64,000 nt of DNA, taken from NCBI GenBank assembly GCA_946998225.1, contig CAMPYH010000002.1, positions 31,163 through 95,162 of the forward strand, given 5' to 3'. This DNA is from an uncultured Clostridiaceae bacterium (GTDB lineage: Bacteria > Bacillota > Clostridia > TANB77 > CAG-508). Positions 1 to 9,115 of this stretch are shown in pieces. The notes under the pieces were generated by a model. That model was not told the DNA's origin. It worked only from the letters and a program-made list of their open reading frames with translations, and searched no databases. The first letter of the stretch is position 1; each line of letters begins with the position of its first letter. The position numbers and the translations under genes were made by a program.

Positions 1-1
1 G

Positions 2-754
2 GAGGTTTACCATAGATTAAAAAGCGTTTTAAAAGAAAAAGGACTTGCAACATCTGTAGGAGATGAAGGAGGATTTGCTCCAAATCTTGAAACACATGAA
101 GAAGCTTTTGAATTAATTATTAAAGCTATAGAAGATGCGGGATATGTTATGGAAAAAGATTTTGTACTTGCAATAGATCCAGCTGCATCAGAATGGTATG
201 AAGATGGAAAATATATTATGCCTAAATGTAAAAGAGAATTTACATCAGATGAACTTATTGAATATTGGGCAGGATTAATACAAAGATACCCAATATATTC
301 TGTAGAAGATGGCTTTTCAGAAGATGACTGGGAAGGATTTAGAAAGTTTACTGAAAGATTTAAAGATATGCTTCAAATAGTGGGGGACGATCTTTATGTA
401 ACAAACAAAGAAAGACTTGAAAGAGGAATTGAAGAAAAAAGCGCTAATTCAATATTAATAAAACCAAATCAAATAGGAACACTTTCAGAGACATTAGAAG
501 TAATTCGTTTAGCAAAAGATAATAATTATACAACAGTAATATCACATAGATCTGGAGAAACATCAGATAGCACAATAGCAGATATAGCTGTTGGCGTAAA
601 TAGTGGTCAAATTAAAACAGGTGCTCCAACTAGAACAGATAGAACAGAAAAATATAATAGACTTATGGAAATTGAAGAAAATCTAGGTGAAAGAGCAGCA
701 TATGCTGGATGGAATGCTTTTAAATTTGATGCAAAAGCAAGAAGAGACAGATAA
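2..754 (+). CDS. eno: Enolase (phosphopyruvate hydratase), C-terminal part; the 5' end lies outside the window
   Basis: The frame is open from position 2. Translation [28 protein letters not shown]...SHRSGETSD...[22 protein letters not shown] carries the conserved enolase motifs ([15 protein letters not shown]). Confidence 0.9.
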   Translation, partial: EVYHRLKSVLKEKGLATSVGDEGGFAPNLETHEEAFELIIKAIEDAGYVMEKDFVLAIDPAASEWYEDGKYIMPKCKREFTSDELIEYWAGLIQRYPIYSVEDGFSEDDWEGFRKFTERFKDMLQIVGDDLYVTNKERLERGIEEKSANSILIKPNQIGTLSETLEVIRLAKDNNYTTVISHRSGETSDSTIADIAVGVNSGQIKTGAPTRTDRTEKYNRLMEIEENLGERAAYAGWNAFKFDAKARRDR

Positions 755-755
755 T

Positions 756-1406
756 ATGAAAGACAAAAAAGAAACAGAAGAAATATTAAAAAGACTAAAA
801 AAAAGATATTCTGTAAAAGAAGGTTTTCTAAACTTTGAAACACCGTTTCAAATAGGAATAGCAGTACTTTTATCTGCACAAACAACAGATAGAAGAGTAA
901 ATATTGTAACGGAAGAACTTTTTAAAGTAGCAGGAACACCAGAAGATATGTATAAGCTTACTGAAGATGAAATAAGAAACTACATATCTTCAATAAACTT
1001 CTTTAACAATAAAGCAAAAAACATATATAAACTTACTAAAATGGTTATGGAAGAATATAACGGAATATTTCCAGACACCATGGAAGAACTTATGAAACTT
1101 CCAGGAATTGGAAGAAAATCTGCAAATGTAATAATGCTTGAAGGATATAAAAATCCACAAGGAGTTGCAATAGATACACATGCAAAAAGAATCTGTAATA
1201 AAACAGGAATATCTTATGAAAAAGAACCAGATAAAATAGAACAAGATCTAATAAGTAAAATAGATAAAAAATATTACTTTGATGCAAATCATCTTTTTGT
1301 TATGCATGGTAGAGAAATATGTATAGCAAGAAATCCAAAATGCAATATATGCCCAATAAATGATTTGTGTGAAGAGAGAAAGAAAGAAAATAAAGAAACA
1401 AAATAA
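756..1406 (+). CDS. nth: Endonuclease III (DNA-(apurinic or apyrimidinic site) lyase)
   Basis: HhH motif LPGIGRKSANVIM and a C-terminal 4Fe-4S cluster ligand pattern CIARNPKCNICPINDLC (C-x6-C-x2-C-x5-C). The ORF is open from 687 but overlaps the eno stop. The ATG at 756 is the first start after the eno TAA at 752-754, so the start is ambiguous (687, 714, 729 or 756). Confidence 0.8.
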   Translation: MKDKKETEEILKRLKKRYSVKEGFLNFETPFQIGIAVLLSAQTTDRRVNIVTEELFKVAGTPEDMYKLTEDEIRNYISSINFFNNKAKNIYKLTKMVMEEYNGIFPDTMEELMKLPGIGRKSANVIMLEGYKNPQGVAIDTHAKRICNKTGISYEKEPDKIEQDLISKIDKKYYFDANHLFVMHGREICIARNPKCNICPINDLCEERKKENKETK

Positions 1407-1448
1407 TACAAAAGAAGAAAAGAAAAAATAAATAAAAAAGAAGATAAT

Positions 1449-1477
1449 ACACCACCAAAAAATGTGGTGTATTTTTA
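1449..1477 (+). terminator. Rho-independent terminator after nth
   Basis: Hairpin acaccac / gtggtgt followed by a T-run (tattttt). Confidence 0.6.
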
Positions 1478-1600
1478 ATGTAAAAAATTCAATAAAAATA
1501 AATAAAATAATTGTTACAAATAAAAACAAAGCCTTATATATATATATAGTGTTATCAGTCTTTTAAGAAGTAAAAAAGAATAATAAGGAAAGAAGTAAAT

Positions 1601-4600
1601 ATGAAAAAGGTTCCAAATAGAAAAGTAAAAGTAAAATTAAATAGAATAATATTACAGATACTATTTTTAATATTAGTATCTACTATTTTAATTACACAAA
1701 AAGAAAACATATTAAATATATTTACAAATAAAAATAAGATAAAAGTAGGTATACCAGAAGGTATGCAAATTGGAGATATAATTAAATATGATCACAAAAC
1801 TGGGATGGATCCAAAATTACTTAAAACAACAATAGGAAAAGGAACGGCAAGTATACCTGGATCAGGAAGATACTTGTTTTCAGATGATCCAGTCGAAGAG
1901 CAAATATTTGATGCAAGTAAAATCGATACAAATTGGCATGTATGGAGTATAGACAGAGAAAAAAAGGAGATAATGATTGTATCAGATAATATATATCCAG
2001 AATTTAAAACATATGGTGCAATAGACTATATATGGTATGAACATAATATGCATAAGATAGCAAGTATATTTGGACATGGAAAAGGTGCTAAAAATAAAGC
2101 ATTTACATATAAAGTAGGATCACAATTAGAAGATACTGGAGATACAGCAACATGGAAAACGGGTATAGATGGAATACCATTAACAACTCCTGAAGGAATA
2201 CCTGAAATTACAACTAAAGATGGATTAAAAGATATAGCAGTACCATTATCTGGAGCAAGACCACTTAGAACAGAGGATATAGAAAAAGCATTTGAGGTGA
2301 CAGAAAGTGATATAAAAAGCAATAACATTTTTGTTACAAGTGATAAATATGGTACAGTAAATACAAGAAACATATATTTCCCACAAAGAGACACAGGAAG
2401 TGGTAATCAAAAGTGGGCAGATAAGAATATAGCAAAATCTGCAAAACAAGATGTAAAATATAAAGATGTTGCCTATGCGGTGTACTACAGAGACCTAATA
2501 GGAAGAAATAAATATAAAAACATGTTATCTTATCAGTTTACAACTTCATTAAGTAGTTGTGGGACGGGCTTTTTGACCGATTACAGAAATGTTCATTTTG
2601 GTCTTGGTAGCTCAAATTCAGATCATCTTGACTCAATCAGTTTAAATTTTGTAGTAGCTGGTACTGACGGCAGCTGGAATGAGACGGACCATATGCATCT
2701 GTGGCGTGTAGCAACCTTCTTGTCATCATCAGACGTCATGTATCGTAAATCTGTTGACAACGAAGGCAAGGAGATTAAAGGCGATAACCAAGAATCTATT
2801 TGGAAAATGGAAGATGAAAAAGAATTATCAAAATTACCTGAAGGAATGCAAATAGGTGATATAGTAAAATATGATCATAAAGATGTTTTAAAAATTGAAG
2901 ATAGTAGAAAAAATATTGAAGGAACAAACGCTTTAAAAACTACAATAGAAAAAGGAACAGCAACAATTCCAGGCTCAACATATAAGCAAGATTTTGATAC
3001 AAGTAAAATAGATACAAACTGGCATGTATGGGGAGTAGATGAAGTAACAGGTGATGTTATAATAGTTTCAGACAGCGTAGAACCATTTAGAACAAGTGCT
3101 GCAATAGATTATATATGGTATGAACATAATATGCACAAAATAGCAAGTATATTTGGGCATGGGAAAGGTGTTAAAAAGAAAGAGTTTACATACAAAGTAG
3201 GCTCTCAATTAGAAGATACTGGAGATACAGCAACATGGAAAACAGGTATAAATGGAATACCGCTAACATCACCTAATGGAATACCAGGAATTACAACTAA
3301 AGCAGGATTAAAAGAAATAGCAGTACCATTATCTGGAGCAAGACCACTAAGAACAGAAGATATAGAACAAGCATTTGGGTGGACAGAAAGTACAATAAAG
3401 ACAGATTCAAAGTTTGAAAAACGTAGTAGTCCAGGTTATGGAGGAATATATACAATAAATATACACTTTCCTCAAAGAGATACAGGAACTAGTACTCAGC
3501 AATGGGCAGATAAGAACATAGCAAAAGCAACAAAGAAAGATGTAAAAGGGAAAGACGGATACTACTATAGAAACAAAACTAATGTACCAGAAAATACATA
3601 CAAGAATATACTATGGGATTGGAACGTTAATGGCACTTATCAATTAGGACAACTAGGCCTGGATGTTGATTCTAGCGATGTTTACTTCAGTAGGGGTGTG
3701 GTTTATTCCAACAACCTCGGTTCTGCGAACCATTATATCGTTTATGCTACTACTGATGGTAGCTGGACTGAGAATGACCGTGCGCTTCCCGGCCGCGTAG
3801 TAGCCTTCTTGTCGTCATCGGATATCGTATATCGTAAATCCAGCGCCGTTGGCGCCCACCAAGAACTAGTGTGGGATATAGAACTTAAAACACCTACAAC
3901 CAAAAATATTAAAGTAAATATGAAGAATGAATTTGGAGAAAATCTAACTGGGGTTAAATTTAATCTTAGCGTGGACGGAGGATCGTCTGTACTAAGTCGT
4001 ACGAATTTAAATATAAATAGTGGTAGTGTGAATACATTTAATGGGTCTAATATTATTATGAAAGATAACAAATACAAGATGGAAGTACTTGGTCTTCCTA
4101 CTGATGCAAATTACAAGATCATATCTAAATATGAAGGTGATCATGAACTTGAACAAGATATTGTGTCATTTGGAAAAGAAGATTTAGAGTATGATATATT
4201 AATCTACCGTAAAGATGGAGATTATCCGGTAACTGTTACATATGATGAAGGTGCGAAAAATGATGAAGGATTTAGTCTTAGTGGAAAGATTAAATTAATG
4301 GACGGAGAAAATCTTGTTGATACTTTGGATGTTACTTTGAAAAAAGGCAATACTGAATTTAAGTTTACTGATGTAAAATATTTTGTTGATGGTAAGTTTA
4401 AAAATTACACTATTAAGTATGAAGGTGAAGGTGATGTTAAAGTTGTTGGAAATGAACTAAAGGTAAAATATACTCCGCCTAAGAAAAATTACAATATTAA
4501 AGCAGAGTTTATCTTTGATAAAACTCTAGACACTGTACCAGTAGAGTTACATGCTAATGGGAAATTATTAAAAAATATTGATCTTTTAAAGAGTTCGGAT

Positions 4601-4867
4601 TATATAACTTCTGAAAATCTTCCTGAAAGAGATAGTTTGGGTAAAGTGATTGATTACACAATTAAAAAAGGAAATATTCCTTCAGGATATATTACAGAGA
4701 TATCTGGACTTACAATAATTATACGTCCAGTTCTTACGCTTCCTATGACAGGGTCAGATAGTTTGAAGATGCTAGGAATAACTTTTGGAATATGTACTTC
4801 TTTAGGATTTGTGTTAAGGAAAAAGAAAAAAATGAAAATGCTTAATTTTAATGGAGTGATGAAATAA
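1601..4867 (+). CDS. LPXTG-type cell-wall-anchored surface protein with two about 350-aa internal repeats
   Basis: N-terminal signal/TM (ILQILFLILVSTILI). The C-terminus is LPMTGSDSLKMLGITFGICTSLGFVLRKKKK, i.e. sorting motif, hydrophobic segment and basic tail. Two near-identical copies of the block GMQIGDI(I/V)KYDHK...TNWHVW...AIDYIWYEHNMHKIASIFGHGKG...TGDTATWKTGI(D/N)GIPLT...PLSGARPLRTEDIE. Confidence 0.8.
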   Translation: MKKVPNRKVKVKLNRIILQILFLILVSTILITQKENILNIFTNKNKIKVGIPEGMQIGDIIKYDHKTGMDPKLLKTTIGKGTASIPGSGRYLFSDDPVEEQIFDASKIDTNWHVWSIDREKKEIMIVSDNIYPEFKTYGAIDYIWYEHNMHKIASIFGHGKGAKNKAFTYKVGSQLEDTGDTATWKTGIDGIPLTTPEGIPEITTKDGLKDIAVPLSGARPLRTEDIEKAFEVTESDIKSNNIFVTSDKYGTVNTRNIYFPQRDTGSGNQKWADKNIAKSAKQDVKYKDVAYAVYYRDLIGRNKYKNMLSYQFTTSLSSCGTGFLTDYRNVHFGLGSSNSDHLDSISLNFVVAGTDGSWNETDHMHLWRVATFLSSSDVMYRKSVDNEGKEIKGDNQESIWKMEDEKELSKLPEGMQIGDIVKYDHKDVLKIEDSRKNIEGTNALKTTIEKGTATIPGSTYKQDFDTSKIDTNWHVWGVDEVTGDVIIVSDSVEPFRTSAAIDYIWYEHNMHKIASIFGHGKGVKKKEFTYKVGSQLEDTGDTATWKTGINGIPLTSPNGIPGITTKAGLKEIAVPLSGARPLRTEDIEQAFGWTESTIKTDSKFEKRSSPGYGGIYTINIHFPQRDTGTSTQQWADKNIAKATKKDVKGKDGYYYRNKTNVPENTYKNILWDWNVNGTYQLGQLGLDVDSSDVYFSRGVVYSNNLGSANHYIVYATTDGSWTENDRALPGRVVAFLSSSDIVYRKSSAVGAHQELVWDIELKTPTTKNIKVNMKNEFGENLTGVKFNLSVDGGSSVLSRTNLNINSGSVNTFNGSNIIMKDNKYKMEVLGLPTDANYKIISKYEGDHELEQDIVSFGKEDLEYDILIYRKDGDYPVTVTYDEGAKNDEGFSLSGKIKLMDGENLVDTLDVTLKKGNTEFKFTDVKYFVDGKFKNYTIKYEGEGDVKVVGNELKVKYTPPKKNYNIKAEFIFDKTLDTVPVELHANGKLLKNIDLLKSSDYITSENLPERDSLGKVIDYTIKKGNIPSGYITEISGLTIIIRPVLTLPMTGSDSLKMLGITFGICTSLGFVLRKKKKMKMLNFNGVMK

Positions 4868-4876
4868 TTTGTTTTA

Positions 4877-4906
4877 GAAGCTAAGTTTTCTTAGCTTCTT
4901 TTTTTC
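4877..4906 (+). terminator. Rho-independent terminator after the LPXTG protein gene
   Basis: agaagctaag / cttagcttct hairpin followed by a T7 run. Confidence 0.65.
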
Positions 4907-4992
4907 TTAATTTAAGTTACAAATTTATAATTTACTTGAAGAAAGGCATATTGCGTGTTAAAATTTTAACATAAAAGATTTAAGGAAAGAAT

Positions 4993-6018
4993 ATGTTAAA
5001 GAAAAAAAGATCTGATGGAAAATTAGTTAAAGATATGGATCCAATGTTTAAGGTTATGCCTATTATTATGGAAAAAAGATATGATGCACAAGTATTTTAT
5101 TCTGTAGAGGTACCACTTGATGAAATAACTAAATACATAAATGATAAAAGAGATAAAGGTATAAATGTTGGATATATGCATGTGTTTTATTTAATGTTTA
5201 TTAGAATATTAAGAGATAAACCACATCTAAATAGATTTGTTGTTAAAAACTATATGTACCAAAGAGAAGATATTAGTATTAGTATGACAGTTAAACAATC
5301 TTTAACTGAACAAGGTAATGAAGGTACAGCAAAATGCCGTTTTACTGGTAATGAAACTATTGAAGAGGTTGCAAATATTTTAAACAGTGCAGTTGCTGAA
5401 GAAAAGAAACAAGATAATTCAGATATAGCTAAGTTTGTAAATGTTTTAACTAAAGCATCACCTAGACTTGTAAGATGGGGAACAAAATTTCTTATGGGAC
5501 TAGATAGAAGGAATATGCTTCCTAAGAAATTAATAGAACTTAGTCCATTTCATGCTACAGCCTTTTTTACAAATGTAGGTTCAATTGGACTTGATGCAGT
5601 TTACCATCATATCTATGATTTTGGTACAATAGGTCTTTTTGTATCTATGGGTAAGAAGTATAAAAAGATTGTTATAGAAAATGGTGAGATAAAAGAAGTA
5701 CCACATCTTAATTTAGGCGTTGTTATTGATGAAAGAATTGTTGATGGATTTTACTTTGCATCTGCAATGAGAATGCTTAATAGATATATTGCAAATCCTT
5801 TTAAACTAGACGAAAATAAAATTGAAGATTACGAAGAATATATGTCAAAACTTGAAGAAGAAGAGAAAAAGGACTTTGATAAAATCCTTGAAGAAATACA
5901 AGGTAAAGAAAAGATCGAGGAAAAATCTAAAACTTTATTTAGATTTTTTGGATTTCCTATTGGAAGCCTTTTTAAGTTTAGAAAAGACGACAAAGACGAA
6001 AAGAAAGACAGAAAATAA
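4993..6018 (+). CDS. Stand-alone 2-oxoacid dehydrogenase acyltransferase (E2) catalytic-domain-like protein; no lipoyl domain
   Basis: C-terminal segment LGVVIDERIVDGFYFASAMRMLNRYIANP resembles the E2/CAT-fold active-site motif DHRxxDG...A..FL..L...LE.P, but reads DERIVDG (the His position is Glu). The C-terminus is a Lys/Glu-rich tail. Confidence 0.5.
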   Translation: MLKKKRSDGKLVKDMDPMFKVMPIIMEKRYDAQVFYSVEVPLDEITKYINDKRDKGINVGYMHVFYLMFIRILRDKPHLNRFVVKNYMYQREDISISMTVKQSLTEQGNEGTAKCRFTGNETIEEVANILNSAVAEEKKQDNSDIAKFVNVLTKASPRLVRWGTKFLMGLDRRNMLPKKLIELSPFHATAFFTNVGSIGLDAVYHHIYDFGTIGLFVSMGKKYKKIVIENGEIKEVPHLNLGVVIDERIVDGFYFASAMRMLNRYIANPFKLDENKIEDYEEYMSKLEEEEKKDFDKILEEIQGKEKIEEKSKTLFRFFGFPIGSLFKFRKDDKDEKKDRK

Positions 6019-6020
6019 TT

Positions 6021-7139
6021 ATGACAAAAGAACTTAAAGAAAAATTAGAAAAAGAATTATTATGTTTTCAAGATAAAGAATATGATATTGTCCTAGGAAT
6101 GAGTGGAGGAGTGGATAGTACATATTCTCTTTTAAACTATTTAAAAAATGGTAAAAAAGTACTTGGAATATATTTAGATTTATTTGAAGATGAAAAAGGA
6201 ACATCTACTAAAAATGCAAAAAAAACAGAAGCTCTTGCTGAAAAATTTAATATAGATTTTAAAGTAATTGAAGCAAAAGAAGAATTTAAAAAAAGAGTTC
6301 AAACATATTTTGTAGAGACATATGTTTCTGGTAAAACACCTAATCCATGTAGTATTTGTAATAGAGATATTAAGATTAATATACTTTATGAAATAGCAAA
6401 TATATTAAATATACCTAAAATAGCTACAGGACATTATGCAGGTGTTTCAACATATAACGGATATAAAGTAATTAGAAAAGGAAAAGAGCCTAGAAAAGAG
6501 CAATCATATTTTCTTGCATTAATAGATAAAAGATTTTTAGAAAAGCTAGAATTTCCTCTTCAAGATGTAGTATGTAAAGAAGATTTAAGAAAAGAACTTA
6601 TAGATAAAGGTGTAATGGATCCGGAATCTACATCAGACAGTCAAGATATTTGTTTTTTACAAAATGGAGAACATGAAAGTTTTTGTTTAAACTGGAAAGA
6701 TAATGAAGAAGAAGCAAAAATTAGAAAAACCAATTTATATCTTCCAAATGGTAAAGTTACAGATGGTAAAAATATATTTAGTTATACTGTGGGACAAAGA
6801 AAAGGTCTTAATATTTCATATAATAAGCCGCTTTATGTAAGTGAAATTAAAAGTGATTTAAATGAAAATAAAATAATACTAGATACAAAAGAAAATATGT
6901 ATAAAGATTATGTAATCGTTAAAGAAGTAAATCTTTTTGTACCAAAAGAAGAACTAGAAAAAATAGATAGAGTTAATGTAAAACTAAGATACTCTAAAAA
7001 TGAGATAAAAGGCAAAATAGAGTTTATAGATGACTATATAAAGATAGTATTTGATGAAAAGCAAATAAAGGGGGCAAAAGGTCAAATTTGCGCTATATAT
7101 GTTGATGAATTTTTATTAGGCGGAGGAGTAATAGATTAA
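6021..7139 (+). CDS. mnmA: tRNA-specific 2-thiouridylase MnmA
   Basis: PP-loop SGGVDS near the N-terminus, conserved NPCSICN, and ATGHYAG; length 372 aa. Confidence 0.85.
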   Translation: MTKELKEKLEKELLCFQDKEYDIVLGMSGGVDSTYSLLNYLKNGKKVLGIYLDLFEDEKGTSTKNAKKTEALAEKFNIDFKVIEAKEEFKKRVQTYFVETYVSGKTPNPCSICNRDIKINILYEIANILNIPKIATGHYAGVSTYNGYKVIRKGKEPRKEQSYFLALIDKRFLEKLEFPLQDVVCKEDLRKELIDKGVMDPESTSDSQDICFLQNGEHESFCLNWKDNEEEAKIRKTNLYLPNGKVTDGKNIFSYTVGQRKGLNISYNKPLYVSEIKSDLNENKIILDTKENMYKDYVIVKEVNLFVPKEELEKIDRVNVKLRYSKNEIKGKIEFIDDYIKIVFDEKQIKGAKGQICAIYVDEFLLGGGVID

Positions 7140-7234
7140 TATATCTTAATGATAAAACAATTTCTCTTTTGATTGAAAAAATACTTTATATTAATTATTA
7201 TTAATTTAAATGAAAAAATATTAAAGGAGTAATT

Positions 7235-8029
7235 ATGAAATTAAAAGATAAAATAGCAATCATTACAGGTGGAGCTATGGGGATAGGAAAAGGAGTAGTA
7301 AGAGTTTTCCTAGAGCAAGGTGCAACTGTACATATATTTGATTATTCAGATGAGATTGAAAATACTTTGCAAGAATTTATAAATGAAGGATATGTAAATA
7401 AAATATTTGGACATCAAATAGATCTTAGAAAAAAAGATTTAATAGAAAAAGCAACACAAAATATATTAGAAAAAGAAGGAACAATAGATATTTTAGTAAA
7501 TGTTGCAGGTGTTGCAAAACTAACTAAATTTGAAGAAACTCCAGATGATGTAAGAGATTTTCAATTAGATATAAATATTAAAGGTGTATGGAATACAACA
7601 CAAGTAGTTATTCCAACAATGATTAAAAACAATAAAGGAAGTATAGTTAATCTATCTAGTGTTACAGGAAATATGGTTGCAGATGCTGGAGAAGTTGCAT
7701 ATGCTACTACAAAAGCAGCTGTAAAAGGATTTACAAAAGGTATTGCTGCAGAATATGCAACAAGAAATATAAGATGTAATTCAATACTTCCAGGATATAT
7801 AATGACTCCTATGGTTCACGGAATAGCAAAAGATTCAAATGCTAATGATCCTCAATCTGTAATTGATGGAATTGCAGGTGGTATACCAATGGGAAGACTT
7901 GGAACTCCAGAAGAAGTTGGAGAACTTGCAGCATTTTTAGCTTCAGATGAAGCAAGCTATTTAACAGGAACAGAATTTGTAATTGATGGTGGTTCAACAC
8001 TTCCAGAAACTGTATCTGTTGGTATTTAA
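7235..8029 (+). CDS. Short-chain dehydrogenase/reductase (SDR) family oxidoreductase
   Basis: Rossmann TGGAMGIGKG, NVAG, a catalytic YATTK (YxxxK) and an upstream Ser (NLSSV). Confidence 0.85.
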   Translation: MKLKDKIAIITGGAMGIGKGVVRVFLEQGATVHIFDYSDEIENTLQEFINEGYVNKIFGHQIDLRKKDLIEKATQNILEKEGTIDILVNVAGVAKLTKFEETPDDVRDFQLDINIKGVWNTTQVVIPTMIKNNKGSIVNLSSVTGNMVADAGEVAYATTKAAVKGFTKGIAAEYATRNIRCNSILPGYIMTPMVHGIAKDSNANDPQSVIDGIAGGIPMGRLGTPEEVGELAAFLASDEASYLTGTEFVIDGGSTLPETVSVGI

Positions 8030-8059
8030 TTATATTATTTAAAGGTTAAAAAGCTTTTA

Positions 8060-8098
8060 AAACAAGGAGTTTCAGTATTAAAATTTGCTCCTTGTTTT
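8060..8098 (+). terminator. Rho-independent terminator after the SDR gene
   Basis: aacaaggag / ctccttgtt hairpin followed by a T-run. Confidence 0.6.
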
Positions 8099-8125
8099 TG
8101 CTATAAACCTCTAAATATGGTATAA
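8097..8125 (+). promoter_or_regulatory. Sigma-A type promoter for the small-ORF/fic operon
   Basis: -35 TTGCTA (8097-8102), a 17-nt spacer ending in TGG (extended -10 TGnTATAAT), -10 TATAAT (8120-8125). RBS AAGGAGG at 8140-8146 and ATG at 8152. Confidence 0.65.
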
Positions 8126-8151
8126 TATAAGTATGTGAAAAGGAGGACAAA

Positions 8152-8352
8152 ATGGAAAAAGAATTTAAAAATCCTCAAGATATAATTGAATCTAATTTTG
8201 ATATATTGTCTATAAAAAAAGAAATGGAAATAGAAAATATATTTTTAACAGATCAAAACATAAAAGAATTAAATGATTTAAGAAATGGTACTATTACACC
8301 AGATGAATTAGTATCTAAAGCTTTATTAGGTGCAGAAAATAAATTTAATTAA
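8152..8352 (+). CDS. Small protein (66 aa) immediately upstream of fic; putative Fic-associated partner/antitoxin (YhfG-like by position)
   Basis: Own strong RBS; its stop lies 9 nt before the fic start, and it shares the promoter. I could not find a canonical (S/T)xxxE(G/N) inhibitory motif. Confidence 0.4.
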   Translation: MEKEFKNPQDIIESNFDILSIKKEMEIENIFLTDQNIKELNDLRNGTITPDELVSKALLGAENKFN

Positions 8353-8361
8353 AGGTGAAAT

Positions 8362-8964
8362 ATGGAAACATATGAAATACAGGATTCTAACTACTGCTAT
8401 AAAGGAACAGATATATTAATTAATAAGGCAAATGTTAGATCAAAAGAGAAACTAGATAATTTAGAAAAAGATATAGTTACATATAGATTGTTTGAATTAA
8501 GAAGAGAAGGTATAACAGGTGAGTTTGATAAAAACCACCTAATAAGTATACATAGAAGAATATTTCAAGATATATATGAATTTGCTGGTAAATATAGAAA
8601 TGAAAATATAGCTAAAGGTGTTTTCTTGTTTTCTAATTTTGAATTTATAGACTATTCATTAGATGAAATATTTAAAAGCTTGGAAAAGGATATAAAAGAT
8701 AAAGTATTTGAAAACGATAGCAAAGAAGAGTTTGCAGAAAAACTTGCATACTATTATGCAGAATTAAATGTAGTACATCCATTTAGAGAAGGAAATGGGA
8801 GAACTATAAGAGAGTTTCTAAGACAACTTGCTTTAAAATATGGATACATACTAGATTTTACTAAAATACCTTCAAATGCAATTTTAGAAGCAGCTATAAA
8901 ATCTATTACAGATATAACCGATCTTAAAAAGATATATAGTGAAGGCTTAAAAAAGATTAAGTAA
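8362..8964 (+). CDS. fic: Fic family protein (Fido domain, E. coli Fic-like, about 200 aa)
   Basis: Canonical Fic active-site motif HPFREGNGRTIREF (HxFx(D/E)GNGRxxR). The size and N-terminal architecture (YCYKGTDILINKANV) resemble E. coli Fic. Confidence 0.9.
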   Translation: METYEIQDSNYCYKGTDILINKANVRSKEKLDNLEKDIVTYRLFELRREGITGEFDKNHLISIHRRIFQDIYEFAGKYRNENIAKGVFLFSNFEFIDYSLDEIFKSLEKDIKDKVFENDSKEEFAEKLAYYYAELNVVHPFREGNGRTIREFLRQLALKYGYILDFTKIPSNAILEAAIKSITDITDLKKIYSEGLKKIK

Positions 8965-8990
8965 TTTAAAATGTATTATTAAATTAAAAG

Positions 8991-9015
8991 GAATATCTTT
9001 AGATATTCTTTTTTT
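8991..9015 (+). terminator. Rho-independent terminator after fic
   Basis: gaatatc / gatattc hairpin followed by a T7 run. Confidence 0.55.
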
Positions 9016-9115
9016 ATTAAGAAACAAATAAAAAGTGTGAAAAATAAATTAAATAAGTGCAAAATAAACTAAAAAAATGTATTATATAAATAGTATATAA
9101 ATTTAAGAGGTAAAG

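Noticed and set aside
607-885. Numerous 60-250-aa ORFs antisense to or overlapping long genes (e.g. 607..885, 990..1244, 2026..2394, 16854..17273, 34573..35004, 39249..39887, 52502..53248, 58412..58933)
   Set aside because: They lie wholly inside much longer ORFs that have clear homology-type motifs on the opposite strand or in another frame. They are F/L/S-rich translations of the AT-rich antisense strand and have no RBS.
5822-6037. 71-aa K/R-rich ORF overlapping the end of the E2-like gene in another frame
   Set aside because: It is an out-of-frame reading of the KE-rich tail-coding region (AAG/GAA repeats) and is fully overlapped.
8152-8352. Assigning the small ORF confidently as YhfG antitoxin
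   Set aside because: No (S/T)xxxE(G/N) motif could be found by eye, so it is kept only as a positional candidate.
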